Shown: in pieces, positions 27,181 to 64,000 of the stretch
Layout: every line of letters begins with the position of its first letter
Position numbering within the stretch: the first letter of the stretch is position 1
Source: Rhina ancylostomus
Taxonomy: Eukaryota
Reading direction: 5' to 3'
DNA length: 64,000 nucleotides
Assembly: GCA_030265395.1 (NCBI GenBank)
Contig: JARFYF010000074.1
Span: 44,823,056 to 44,887,055 of the forward strand
Notes under the pieces: generated by a model
Told to the model about the DNA's origin: nothing
The model's database searches: none
The model's input: only the letters and a program-made list of their open reading frames with translations
Program-made: the position numbers and the translations under genes

Positions 27181-28922
27181 GTATGCAAGTGGGTAAAGGA
27201 AAAAAACATCCACAAGATTTGTTGAGGTCTCTGTCCGCCTTGAACACACATGTGATAGAGATACAACAGAATTCTCACTGGCAAACTATTGTTCTGCAGA
27301 GGTTATGATTGGAAGAATAGTGGCTGATGTGTATGTATAGATAGATAGATAAATAAATGAGTTGAGGCTCAGGATATCGAATGGTGCTGTTCACTGCTTT
27401 TCTGATTAGTAAATTGCCTATACTGTAACTGATGCACTCTGTGCATACCTACTGCATGATGCATACCAACCATTTTCAACTGCTTCATCAATGATCTCCC
27501 TTCCATCATAAGGTCAAAATGCTGCTCCCCATCCCTCCAACACCAAAGGATGCTAGGCTTACAAAAATGCACCAACACTTTAAGTGTCCAATGACTTTAG
27601 CATCAGTACATTCATTTTAAGCTTTTTAAAATTCAAGTCTCTTTTTAATGCGAGTCCAATATCATTAATGTCTTCTGTCTTTGTGTCGCTTGTCATTAAT
27701 GTGACCTGCACCTTGATCTGTGCAGTACGGTATTTCACTCCCATTCATGCTGTAAGTGCATATAGAAGTGACAATAAATTGATTCTGATTCTGAGAAGTG
27801 AATATGTTTGCTAATGACGTTCAATTCCATTCACGTCCTCTCAATATATGAAGCGGATTCTGCTTGCATACAGCAAGACCTAGATTATAGAATGTTGAAA
27901 GAACTCAGTGGGTCAAGCAGCATCTGTGAAGGCCAAAGTTGATGTGTCAAGTCAAGACCTGCATCAGGACTGATTTTGTTCTAGATTCTAGCATCTGCAG
28001 TCTCTTTTGTCTTCTTCTAAGACTTAGATAATATTCAGGTATTGGCTGATAAATGGCAAGTAACATTTATGGCATAAAGCTGCCAGACAATGTCTGTCCC
28101 TAACAAGAGAGAGTCTGACTACCTATCCTTGATATTCAATAACAATATCAGGAAACTTGCCCATATCAGATGGCCAGTTTCTGTGAAATTGCACCAAGTG
28201 GTCATTCTTCTGTAGAGGAAAAATTGAAAGAAAAAAAAGAAACTTCCATATTTAATTGTGGGCTGGACTTGAATCAGGTGCCAAAGGTGTTTGAAAGATA
28301 ATGACCCCATTCTCCTTTTTCCATGCAAATGCTAGCCTGGAAAAAAGGAGGGAATTTCAGTTAAGACAGCTTAAATCACGGTTACCAATGGGTGAGTGAA
28401 AAGGGAAGAACGTTATTATTAATTTTACAATGCTTTAGTTAGTACTTTCCAACAAGCACCACATCACAAAAGTAGCTACACCTTAATGTTATGACACAAA
28501 TTTCTTGGTGGACAGCAAGTCCAGAAACTCTAATACAACATATCTGGATTCTACCATTCCCTGAGTGAAAAACTCAGCCAAACACAGCATAATGCTTCAG
28601 TATAAGAGGATGTCCAAGAAATTTTATCATGTTAAGCCACATTTTTATATGTTTACCAATCAAACTTTAATCTGAAACCCAATGCTTTCTCTAAGCTTTG
28701 GGAAATTCTATCGCAGTCCCCTATGACATATAAATGCACAGAGACTCCTGGGCATATTCAGTAACATCATTTGGTGTGAGCGTGTAATGATGTCATTCTT
28801 GAAATTTTTAATGTGTATATGAAGTTAAGGAGTATCACACATTGCAGCTACTGGAGTAGGCTAAGACTTATTCCTTCACTGTTTAATCTACCTCAACTTA
28901 TCAGCTATTGATGAAGTCTAGC

Positions 28923-29220
28923 TGTCACAATGTTGAGCAAAGAGCAAGCTCACAGAGAACCCAAATGCAGCACACTGGTACAGGAATGGAGTCAGGATAC
29001 TTCCTCANNNNNNNNNNNNNNNNNNNNNNNNNNNNNNNNNNNNNNNNNNNNNNNNNNNNNNNNNNNNNNNNNNNNNNNNNNNNNNNNNNNNNNNNNNNNN
29101 NNNNNNNTGATGGGGCTCAGGTGTGTGTCATTATGCAATCAGTCCAGCATGGAATCCATGTGCTGTACAACAAGGCATCTAAAGGAGCCAAATCAAGGGC
29201 CAGTACTCTGAACCATGATA
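28923..29220 (-). mobile_element. Solo-LTR-like element, copy 1 (internal gap)
   Basis: Termini TGTCA...TGATA, flanked by CTAGC/CTAGT (5-bp TSD, one mismatch). Highly similar to 46316-46634. Strand is inferred. Confidence 0.75.
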
Positions 29221-32200
29221 CTAGTAATGAAGATTTTGCTCCATAGCTCCATTTTTAATTCTTTTCTGTCTGCAGATTCCCAACAATATTCCATCCCCAA
29301 CCTTTTCCCTTCTCTGGTCAGTCACATCCCAATCTTTTCCCCAAATCAATCTTCTCACTGCTTGCTCCTGCTGCCTTACTCCCACCATTCACCCCCCAAT
29401 TCACTCCCCCTCACTCCTCCCCAATCTTCTCAACAGCCCCTTGGTTTTTTTTGACCTCATGTAATCTTCCTCTGATTATATTTTCCTTCTTCACCCTGAT
29501 AATTGATGGCAGAGACAAAGTCTGCCAATTGACTTGTGTGCAAATGTGTAAGGCTCAAGATTGTTGCTTCAGACACTTTGGAAGTGATGTATTGAAAAAT
29601 CAGTCCCCGCCACAGTGCCAATTCAACGTGTCTGTTCACTTGTTGAAGAATCTCTCATTCCAAATTTCATGCTTCGACCAGTTAGGTGGCTGGATCAGCT
29701 GTGTGAATACACAGCTCACAATTAAGAATGTATTAATGGTTAATTTATGAGCCAAGGAAAGGCTTAAGTTTTCCTTGTAGGGTGTTCCTCTAGGTTCCCA
29801 CAGAGAAAGTAAAAAAAAACTTAAGCCTTTTGGGCATCTTTAATTCTGATGGACCTGGTTGAAAATCATTGGAGATTTCACTCTGGTTTCTAAGTTAATA
29901 TTGCAATTATTGATATCCATTGTGCAGTTGAGAAAAGGACTCAGTTTTGTGTTGGTACTCTTGAGACTAGCTAAATTGTAGAATTTAAAATTGAGAAGCA
30001 TTTGGTTCCAGCAGAACTGGTAAATAATCCAGCAATTTAATTACTCACCTAGCCTTCAGAACAGGAGAGATAATGCCAGGCTCTTTAAGTGGCTCCTTGG
30101 CTTACCTCCACTTGTCTTATCTTAACCACAAAATGCAAAAAGTTTATCAGTTTATTCACCACAAAGATAAAAATAGCCTAAGTAGCTGTCTCCACTACAC
30201 CAATTTTCTCTTGCATAAGCCTTCCCCAGCCCTCAACCTACAATGACCTCTTTCTCTCTCTCTCTCAAGTTCCATCACATCGACCTCACATCCTCGTAGA
30301 GACTTTACATTGTAGACATCCATCTACTTCTCTTCAATAAATACCCCATTCACAATAAATCATTTCATCCTAAAAACCCTGATCTCAATTCCCACCATGA
30401 CAGCTTACGTCCCTTTATAATCTCTTCAAATTCTTTGAATCTAAGCATAAGATACAGCATTGGTGTTGGCATTTTCTACGTTCATTCCATACAAGCATTT
30501 GTTTGAATCCCTCCACCTCTGCTATTCCTCAAAAGTAATGAGATTTGACGGTCATGAACACTGCCCATTGGTGGCCTTGCCTTCAGCCTCATACTCTCAG
30601 GTTCCCACCCTAATTTGTTTTACCATTTTGCCTTTGAGAATAAGCATATATTTACCTTCTCATTAGCACCTTCATTTACTTAAATTTATTTCTTAGATGC
30701 ATGGGATACTTGGTTGAATGCTGTTGTTGCTTTACAGCATTTTCCCCTTCTATTAAACTGGGACTTTTAACTTAGAGAAAGAGACAAGCATCATAAACCT
30801 GATTTCATCTTAAATGTCTTTATTTGGCCCTAAAACTGGAAAGTTTATTAACTGAATACATGAAGTACGCAGACAAGGTTCAGTCGGTTAGTCTTGTTCA
30901 ATGACCTTTTACATATTGCAGAATATAGACTAGGAAACTTCCACAGATTAAATCAAATGTTAAAAAGGGAAGAATTATTTAATTGACTCAGATTGATTTT
31001 AATTATCTTGTACTTCCAAAAACTTAGAAGTGACAAATTACTACTGTGGAGCAGGCCTTCAAACATCTTCAAATAGAATTTCAAGGAAGATGAGACCTTC
31101 AACCTAGAATATATAATTTCTTTCATAAAAGGCAATAAATTAGGTGTAATTCTGTGAATTGTAAAAATACATTTTTTTTTACACTCTGATAAAAAGTTAG
31201 TTGTTTTCTGGAATGTTCTCATCAATGAATGATCTCAATGACATTGGGTTAAAATGTGCCAGTTACGAAAAATTCCATTTCTCTTTCCCCCCCCCCCACC
31301 CCCCATCACATAAAAATTGTATTTGAGCAATCATTGTCCTTCATTCTGGCTCAGTGGAATATCCTACTAGAAGTATCTAATATTCCATTTGGTGATGTGA
31401 CTGCCTTAAGAACTGATCCAGGCAATAGCAGTGGTAATAATAGGGTGACAAGTATCTGGGGCTCAGATGAGACAGCCCACATGTCTATGTCATGCAGAGG
31501 GCACACATACAAAAACCATTTCCTTCGTATGAATGTATGTGTGCAAATAATGGCACACATGTATGACAAAGGAACAGAATGTACAAGAAAGATGGTGTTA
31601 CTGCAGCTATGAGACTTAGTATTGATGATATTGATGTTTGTAAGAAACACTGAGAATTTCGGTTATGTGTATGCATCACCAAGATAGGATTACGTGCATG
31701 TTCATAGGAAAAAGGTTGATATATAAATACCACATGCATTTGGTGTTCTGTTCATTCATAATGAATGACGTCAAAATACATACTATTGAGGAAATTGATT
31801 CTTAATAATGCTCTGCCCAGTTCAACAATAGGATGATTGCACACAAGGTGCTCTACACTTTTAAAAATGTACACTCACTAAAGAAACTGCATGTATTCTT
31901 CTGTATTTCACTTACAATATAATTAACATTTAAACAATATTACTGATAAAATTATTAATCTAATATAAAAACTGTTCTCTTAATGCAATAATCACCCTGC
32001 AATGAAAGATTCCATTCAAAGTAGTATAAAGTATGTTCATTAGTGACAATATTTGTTGAATTTCTGGGTTTTTTTTCCCCACTTGGTTATAATTTCTGAA
32101 ACCTCCTTGGCACTGTTACCACATAGATGTTTAACTATTGGGTAGCAACAGCCTTGCATGACCAGAGCACAGTAACTTATAAGTATCAGCTCCGATGAGA

Positions 32201-33620
32201 GCAGGTTACAATAATTAGCTGGCATCAGCCTTGGTAAATCCAGTACATAGCAGCAGGACAAACTCAATTCCAACTATTAACACTAGCAAGCAGATCCTTT
32301 GGGAAATATAACCATCTTCCAACCTTGAAGGCCCTCAGTACCAAACTAATCCCACTGAAATTACTACATGGAATAATGGTCCAAGTCCTTCCAGGATCCT
32401 CACAACATGGCAGTCCTGGGCCATTCCCATTTATTCACCTTCAGTTTTGAACTAGGCAAAAGAACCATGAATTAAGGGAACACAAAGTAAAGTACTGCAG
32501 TGAGCAAATCAAAACTATGGAATGCCTCAATGGTTGTGCACCTCTGGGTTTTGCCTTTAGAACTGGTATGCTGTAAGGGAATGAAAATAAATAATAATTT
32601 AGGATAACAGAAGTATGAATCACATGTTGGAGAGAATGGAATGCTGCTGGTTTGGTCACTGGTTTGCCTAGGTCAATAGGAGTGCACATGTGAAGAGGGA
32701 AAGGAGGTGTATTAGTGTAGAAGTTTAGCCATGACCCCACTGAATCAGTGGAGCATGTTGAAGGTGCCCTTTATTCCATTACAGATTCTGTTTCTTGTGT
32801 TCTTATTCCGGACCAATTTCAGGAGAATGGCTGAGGGGAAAGGGGGACAAAAGGAAGGAAATAATAATTCCCTTTTTTGGACTCAGACAGGCATTTTAAA
32901 ATCGACTGCGGATGCCAGGAATCTGAAATCAAAACAGAAATTGATGGAATTACTCTGCAGCCAGACAGCATTAGTGGAAAGAGAAACAAAATTAAACTTT
33001 TAGGCTACAGAAAAGGAGCAAGAGCAGAGAGATCATCTGGCCAGTGAAGTATTCCAGCACATTCTGATTTTATGTTGGGCAATTTAAAAGTTTAGTTTAC
33101 CTAAATGATGGCAAAAGGTATGCTGCTCTTCTTTGTACCTCCAGTGACAGTGGTGGGGGCTCACTGGTAAACATTAGTATGAATGGTGAGATGTGATGAG
33201 GAAATTGCAAACCTAAAACTATCAATTCTCAAATAGCATCCTATACATACCAGGATGATAAAGAGCTCTACCATACTTCTGATTCCTTCTGTTTGTCCAG
33301 ATTTAATGCTGTCACAACCATCCAAATTTTGTTTCATTCTAGTCCTGACCGTAAATAATACTCTTCCTTCTTATTATCTCACTTTAACTGCTGCAAGAAT
33401 CCACCCTGAAGCACCAAGCAGCTCCGAGGTGAATGCAAAATAAAAGGGAAAAGAATAGGAAAAGAACCAGCATTCATTTTTTCTAAACAAAGTATTGTTG
33501 ATACCGAAAACATCAGTCATGCAGAAACTGAGGCATCTTCAGCAACATAATGAACAGAGGCAATAAGCTTTCGGTCTTGTGCTTCCAACTTTTTTTTTGC
33601 CCTTTCATAAAATCACACAT

Positions 33621-33626
33621 TTTATT
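33621..33626 (-). terminator. Candidate FGFR4 polyadenylation signal (AATAAA), implying a 3' UTR of about 2.5 kb
   Basis: Minus strand reads tgtgtacAATAAAatgtgtgattttatg: TGTA upstream and GT/T-rich sequence downstream. The interval up to the stop codon has no repeat I can recognise. Other AATAAA hexamers exist, so the choice is inferred. Confidence 0.45.
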
Positions 33627-36126
33627 GTACACAAATACTATAAAGTCTCTGCCCTGATAAACTAAATCCCAAGAATCTTCAACCACGATGGTGAAGAAAG
33701 GCATCTCATTGCAGTAGCAGTTTCAGAAAGAAAAATAATTTATAAAAAGCAACAATTTGTTTGCAATAAACATGCCAATGTAAGATACTCTGTACAGCTA
33801 CATTCAATTCAATTCTATTTACAAGAAATGTGATTGACAGTAGAGGACGATAATGCAGGTATTGTATGGTAACTCTGCTGGTCACATAGTCAAGGGTCCT
33901 GAGGTCATAATATGAAAATCTCATTCTTACCCAGTTGTATGGCACCTTATTTACAAATACTGCAGAAAACCTAACTTTTTATCACTCACCAGGTTTTGGA
34001 ACCCTGGTAGCTGATTTTAAGATTATTATTAATACATAAACTTGGCAAACAGCAGCAGTTTAGCATCCAAACAGAAGCACTGTTTTAATTGTGTGGTTTC
34101 TGTCCAGACATGATGTTGATGTTGATGTTCACAGAGGTGCCTGTTTCCATGATATAAGCCAACTATGAAGATTCCTACCTCCCACTATCTTTCAGAATGC
34201 CAAGCAAAAAAAACTGTTTCTGCTGAAGTATTTCAGAGCCTTGACACTGGCTCCTGGAAGACTGGGACAATGAATAACAAATCAATCACCCTTCACCTCA
34301 TTTCCCGTAACTTGCTAATCTGGATCTCTTCACTGTATGGAGCAAAGGTTTGGGGATCCCCAGAGTTAAAAAAAAAGGTAAAATTGGAGTGAAATGTAAC
34401 CACACTCTCAGGCTGATTGTTCTCCCTCCTCACAGAGGAAGAGAACAGGGAATGAGCAAATAACAAAAAAGGGCAATTGCTCAAAGAAATACATGCAAAA
34501 TCCAATTATTTTTTGCTGCAGATGTCTCCAATAGCTACTGTAATTAATCCTAGGCCACAAAAATATTAACACTAATAACCAGAAAAGGAAGTATGACTGC
34601 CAAAGAATTTTGGATATGCCACTTACAGAAAACTTCAGATACAAATCTTTATCTATGTTATAGTTTTCTGCAGGGTATAAAATAGTAAACCAATGATTAT
34701 CTGGATAACCATTGCTACAAACAGCTGGGCCAGCTGTTCCCAAACTTATCCATTAACACAGTAAAATTAATTCAATTTTCTACAAAGACCAGTTGCTATG
34801 GTAATTGGTCTAGTGAGACTAATTGCTGTGTTTATAGGTGAAAGTGGATACAGTGACCCAGCTGGATGACCGATTGCTATTATATTGCCAATCGTGTCTG
34901 GTGCTTCAGATACACTTCCCTTTTTTAAAAAAAACACGAGCAAATAAGTTTGAAATAAACATACAAATCATTCAAGGGACATTCACAGTGAACTTGGTCA
35001 CTGGATCATCAGAACAGGCTGTTCCTTGAAAATCCCCTGAGGATCTGCACCAGCTCTGTAAGACTGGTAAACATTAGAATTATAATACATTTATTTTGAT
35101 GGCTATTGGCTTATCTAGATACAAAGATATTTTAAGAATGGGTTATTATCCTTTGAAGAGCTTTGCACAGGACTCCAGGCATTCCAGAATTGGTATGTCA
35201 TTCTGCAATTTGGTTATCGTTGAATTTTCATTTCAATATGGCTGGTTGAACTATTCTGCAAGGATCAGGTAAAATAATTGCCTAAAGCACTCCACCTTCT
35301 CCATAGCTTTGTTCTCCTGCAGTAATCAAAATCAAAACAAAACTTCTTTAAAAAAATCATGACACCAAATGATACGATTTCATTAGGTAATGAGTGCAGT
35401 GGATAGTGCAGTGGATATTGTTATCACTGGATGACAGTCTTGATCCTTTGACTGGAAATCCAAGTCCAGGATTTTCACAGTAGCAAATGTTTTACTTCAT
35501 CTGTTCCAATCGTGGAAGTTTACATTAAAGATTGAAGCAAGTGATACAATCTCTGTTTGATGAATACCTTTTATTTATGGGTTGCATCTTCATGAGTGAC
35601 CACCCCTTGAATTTAATTGCTTTTCAGTCTCTTCTTTCTCAACTAGATGGATTCTGTTCCAGGTAACTTATGGTCGCTGGTGTGGCTGAGTTTATGCTCC
35701 TTCACTGCCATACACATCAAGCTGTGGTGCAGCAGCTCCTTTGATAATGTGACATGGCAAAGAATCAATAGAATTGCCATAAAAGGAAAAGCACAGTGCT
35801 CCTTTCATAGGGAGCTCTGCTGTTAGTCAATACCCGAATACATAGGGCTGCTCTTGATTCAACTATGGCTTTTATTATCATAGTCATCAGTCTCAAAAGG
35901 CAAGAATCATGACAAGTCAGAACCAATGAAGGTCATAATGGTTTTACTCAGACTTGCCATGGCAAGGAATTTTCTTCCTCAGAAGGACATTTTGCACCTT
36001 TCCAGGAAGAAGCAGGTTTTAGGGAAAAATCAGTTTCAATCCATTTTCAGACCATCCCCAGTATGCTGCCTCAGTGAATTACAGGGGAATTAACGATATT
36101 GAGCCAGTTGCAGAATAACAATTTTC

Positions 36127-59514
<23,388 letters not shown>

Positions 59515-59624
59515 CTGTGGGAGACAGTACAAGGATACTTTAAAAAAGGTGACAGCACATGAAAGAGAGAACATGAAGCAATCTTTCTTTGTTCCTGACT
59601 GCTGGCATCAGTAGTAGGAAAAAA

Positions 59625-60250
59625 TTGGAATCCATTGTCAAGGAAGCGGTTACAGAACACTTAGAAAATAATAATTGGATTAAGTAGGTTAACATGAATT
59701 TATGAAATGAAAATAATGTTTAATAAATCAGTTTAAAGATTTTTTGAGGTTGAAACTAGAGTAGGTAAGGAGGTGGTGTATTTGGACTTTAAGGTCTTCA
59801 GATAAGGTGCCACACAAAAGATTATTAAATTAAATAAGAGCACAGGGAATTAGGTATCATATACTGCCGTAGACTAAGGATTGGTTAATGGACAGAAAAC
59901 AGTGCAGTAATAAAGAGGTCATTTTTGGGTTATGACTAATGGAGTACCTCAGGCATTTATGCTGGAATCCCAGCTCTTCACATCCTACATCAGCGATTTG
60001 GATAACGAGAATAAATGTAACATTTACAAGTTTGCTGGAGATACAAAGTTAGGTGGAAGCATGGGCTACGAGAAGGATGGAGAGGGGTTTCTGGGGTATA
60101 TCAATAGATAAGTGAGCAGGTGAGTCCATGGAGTAAATTGTGGAAAATATGAGATCATTTTTTTTTGAATGGTGTTGGTTTTCAGAGGGACCCAGACATC
60201 CTAGTACACAAATTACGGATAATTAACATTCAGATACAGCAAACAAATAG
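59625..60250 (+). mobile_element. CR1 LINE RT relic; further CR1 debris continues to about 63030
   Basis: VVYLDF, DKVPHKRLL, WLMDRKQ, GVPQ and KFAGDTKLGG motifs occur in order. Confidence 0.75.
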
Positions 60251-63200
60251 GAATTATAAGTTATATAATCTCATTGAAAATAAAATGACCAAATATCTAA
60301 GTCACTCAGACTCCAAATGAATAAGCCCTTGCTAAAGATGGTTTATACCCACATATTGTTTGTAATCTTAATAATAGCAGAAACATTATTACAAATATTT
60401 CATTATTAGTCAGATAAAGTAGCAGGGTGGATATCTATGGTTATATTTAGAATGAAAAATAGAATACATTCAGAGAACTACTGACAAAGCAACTCCATAT
60501 TGACGGTAAGAAAAATAATGAATTCCTATTAAAAGGAGAGAACAGAAAGGACTCTAGATGGAAACTTGCACTTGGCCAACTTCTTTGGAGAAATAATAGA
60601 AAGTAGGCTAGAATAATATATCAGTTGTAATTTATTTAAGTTTAACAAGGTCTCAGATTAAGTATAAAATATAGGTAAATGAATGGGCTAAGTGCTTGCA
60701 AGGCTCAGTGGATGGAAAGCCAGCTGAATTCAAGACTAAAAGCAGAGAGTAAAATGAGGGATAACTTTTCAAAGTATAGAAATCAAAGACCAGCAAGGAT
60801 CAATACTGGGACCACAGTTCACCAATTATAATAATGATGTAGGCTTTAGTATAAAAATGAAGTCAGTCATATCTTCATTGAAAGGCAGAAATCTAAATAG
60901 GCAGGGGAGCAATGAGATTGGAATACAAATGCACAAATTGTTAAAAGTAACAGTATAGATTAATAACACCATAGAAAAGACAAACCGAGTATTAAGGGTT
61001 TATTTCAAAAGTGATAAAATTAAAAGGTAGAACAATTATTATAAACATTTAGAACATTTATTAAACCATACTTAGAATACTGTGTGCAATACCAAATTAA
61101 AGACTTGATCTACCTTGTTTTTACCTGTACTACATCAATGCACTCTGTACTAACCCAATGTAACTGCATTGTATAATGAATTGACTTGTACAATCAGTAT
61201 GCAAGACAAGTTTTTCACTGTACCTCGGTACAAGTGACAATAATAAACCAATACCAATATCTGGGGCACCAGAAAGAGTACAAAAACATATTTACAAGAA
61301 TGGTAATGGAAATGTAAGATTGTACAGATCATAAATGGATGAGCAAGATGTACCTCTTTTCACTTAAGAACGCCAAAATAATATTATGAAAGGCTATGCT
61401 CAAGTAGAAGATGAAAATTTCATCTTCAGTCATCAGCAATAAAAACACAATAGTATCTGCTTGTTGTACTCTGCTTGTGAAAATTGGTTCAATTAACTTC
61501 AATGAAATGGAATTTCAGAAGTGGGGAATAGCACGGAGATACTACAATATAGCTTGGTTATGACAAGTAAACATAGATTCCACCCTAAAGAGTCTTTACA
61601 ATTGTGCAGAAGAAACCTGGAGCCCATCAAAACAAGATAGGCATCAAGAAATCAGAGCATTCAGAAGAAACATCTTTAGCCAGAAGTGTGAAGAGAATGG
61701 GACTTAGTACCACAGGGTGTGTAAATAATATATTTAAAAGCGAGGAAGAAATTAAGTGTAACAAAGAAGCAAAGGACTATTCTGATGGAGTTAAATTAGG
61801 AGACTTTGGAGGAAACTCATGAGAGGCGTAAATGCCAGCTTGGTTGGGTTGGTCTTTGCTGCAGCCAAAAATTAAAATTCAGGAAACCACAAGAGTCATT
61901 TGAATGTGAATACACCAGGCCTGGGACACAATCAGACCCCTTATCAATCTGGCACAGCAAACTCCAGATAACAATGACCTTCAAAGAACAAACACTTCAA
62001 GGTGCACTAAACTCTGTCCAGGGCTTTACTCAGATGGTTCGACTTTTCTCAACTGGGATTGGTTAGAAAATTGTAGGATGACACTGGCCTGATTTAATTT
62101 TAGTTATGGTATTGCAGCTGTGGTCATTTATTTCATAACATTTTGCCAAGTTTTTAAAAAAATCCATGACCAAAAAACACTGACCACGAGCTTCCGCTTT
62201 GCTGGCAATTGCCAATATATGCACAAATTATGTTATATTTCTGGAATGTGGCCTGTTTCAATTCTCCACTAAAATATATTTGCATAATCAAGACTTTAAT
62301 TTATTCCATGGATCACGCAATCAGTCAACAGTGCAGAACACAATTGTCTTTCTTTAAATTAAAATTTATAATTGGGTCTGGTAACTTGGTGCAGTTCCAT
62401 TAATTCAGCAAATAAAAGGGTTTAAAAATCACACAAAGGGAATTCCCTAGTTAATTATCTGTGTTTTAAAATAAGAAAATTTTAACAAAGCTACACAGAA
62501 CCATTTATTAGCTTCATTACTGTGTAGTAGTCAGTTGCTTAATGTATTAAATCTTTTTTTAATTCCCATAAACCTTTAAATATTGTCTTTTAACCTCCTG
62601 ACAGGAAGTGACAGATGACCAAAGCTGAAGATCCAAGGATAACGAAAGGATGTAGGAAGATGAAGCGAGGAAAGGGGGTCAGGGCAGAAATCAGATCAAT
62701 AATGCAAGAGAGAATCAGGCCAGACATAAACAAGGGAAGTAAAATTTGAATTAAGAAGGGTAACAAAAGATTATGAGAGTAGACCAATAGTCTAATGGGA
62801 ATGAAAAAATATTCCATTGACATCAAGTTATGAAATGGGTGGTACGAGGAGTGGTTGGACTGATTAGGGACCCAAAATGAGTTCTACACTTGGATGCAGA
62901 GTTCACAATAGAGGCACTAAATGAGTATTTTGCAGCTGTATTAACCAAGGAAGAAGATACTGACAAAGTCAAAGAGAAAACATTTATTTTTTGGAGCCAC
63001 CTCAAAGGCCTTTAAATGGAGAAAATTAATCGAAGCTCACATGACCATAGGGTGGGATTAGTTGTATGGGCTAGATTCGCTTCCACTCGGTCTGTNNNNN
63101 NNNNNNNNNNNNNNNNNNNNNNNNNNNNNNNNNNNNNNNNNNNNNNNNNNNNNNNNNNNNNNNNNNNNNNNNNNNNNNNNNNNNNNNNNNNNNNNTTCCC

Positions 63201-64000
63201 CCCCCCCCCCCCCCCCCACGTTCAACACAGAAGATCATGGAAACTTGATCTATGCTAGGTGTAATTTACACTTGAAATCCCTTGATCTTTTTGCATTAAT
63301 TTAGCTAATTTCAAACAATGAGCAGGAAAAAAAAAGCAGCAGAACTGAATGGAAAGTTTTTCCCACTAGGTCTGGGAAGATAGTTTCAAACTGTGGCAAT
63401 ATCAACAAGTTTCCTTTGTACTGGTCTCAGCAACAATTATATAGGAATGAACCATCAGCATACTAAAAAGTACTTGAAAAGTTAGATCCTCTGTCACCAG
63501 AACTGAGAAGCGGTGACTTACAATAATACACCAATACATTCACCCTATGACACCAGTATCAGTCATTTAGAATAAGTATTCCCCTCTCCATTCTCCATGT
63601 AAAGATTTCTACGTTATTGGGAGTCTCCAAAACCATGTATGTTTATGATGAGGTGAATAGCAATAAGTTCTGCCTCTAGCTAATGAGGTGGTAACAAGTG
63701 TGCACAAATTTAAAATTATTGCATGAGAAAATTGTTACAAAATATTTCTTTACACATCTGTAATGTTGTCAACACAAATTAGGGACCATAAATTCTTTTT
63801 AAAGAGCATCATATAGCTCCTTGCTGAAGAAGATTATGGTGAACTAGCAAGAGAGCGGCATCAGAAAATAAGAAATAGAGGCAAGAGTAGACTGTTTGGC
63901 CTGCGCCATCATTTATTTTACCTCAGTGCCACTTTCATGCACTAATCCCTTATTATCCAAAAATCTATTGGTGTCTATCTCAAGTATACTCAGCAACTGA

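Noticed and set aside
1-30000. Short 60-180 aa ORFs as a neighbouring gene (for example NSD1, which follows FGFR4 in human)
   Set aside because: None shows recognisable host-protein motifs or a chain of splice-consistent exons; the recognisable ones derive from transposons.
59515-64000. Search for the FGFR4 signal-peptide exon, an extra Ig exon or the promoter
   Set aside because: No ATG-initiated hydrophobic segment ending at a phase-1 donor and no CpG island were found. The region is mostly CR1 debris, so the 5' end probably lies outside the window.

Overview
Vertebrate genomic DNA: AT-rich, CpG-depleted, repeat-rich, with many N gaps. The repeat families (V-domain and Deu-domain tRNA SINEs, CR1, L2, Rex1/Babar, Penelope-derived pieces, Harbinger relics) point to a cartilaginous fish, probably a ray or shark; this is inferred, not proven. 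The main feature is a spliced FGFR4 gene on the minus strand. Sixteen coding exons run from the Ig-I exon (59251-59514) to the stop codon (36127-36129), all with GT-AG boundaries and consistent phase, 2339 coding nt in total. The signal-peptide exon and promoter were not found and probably lie beyond 64000. Positions 1 to about 30000 look intergenic and are filled with nested transposon relics. The most notable observations are: two same-orientation solo-LTR-like elements with 5-bp target-site duplications bracketing all kinase exons; several substitutions at normally invariant FGFR positions; a CpG-rich cluster of short inverted repeats in the intron before the TM exon; and Penelope-derived palindromic elements with decayed hammerhead-like cores. 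I found no firm evidence of a wholly new biological system. Repeat coordinates are approximate and family names come from recognition, not from a database search. Exon numbers follow human FGFR4.
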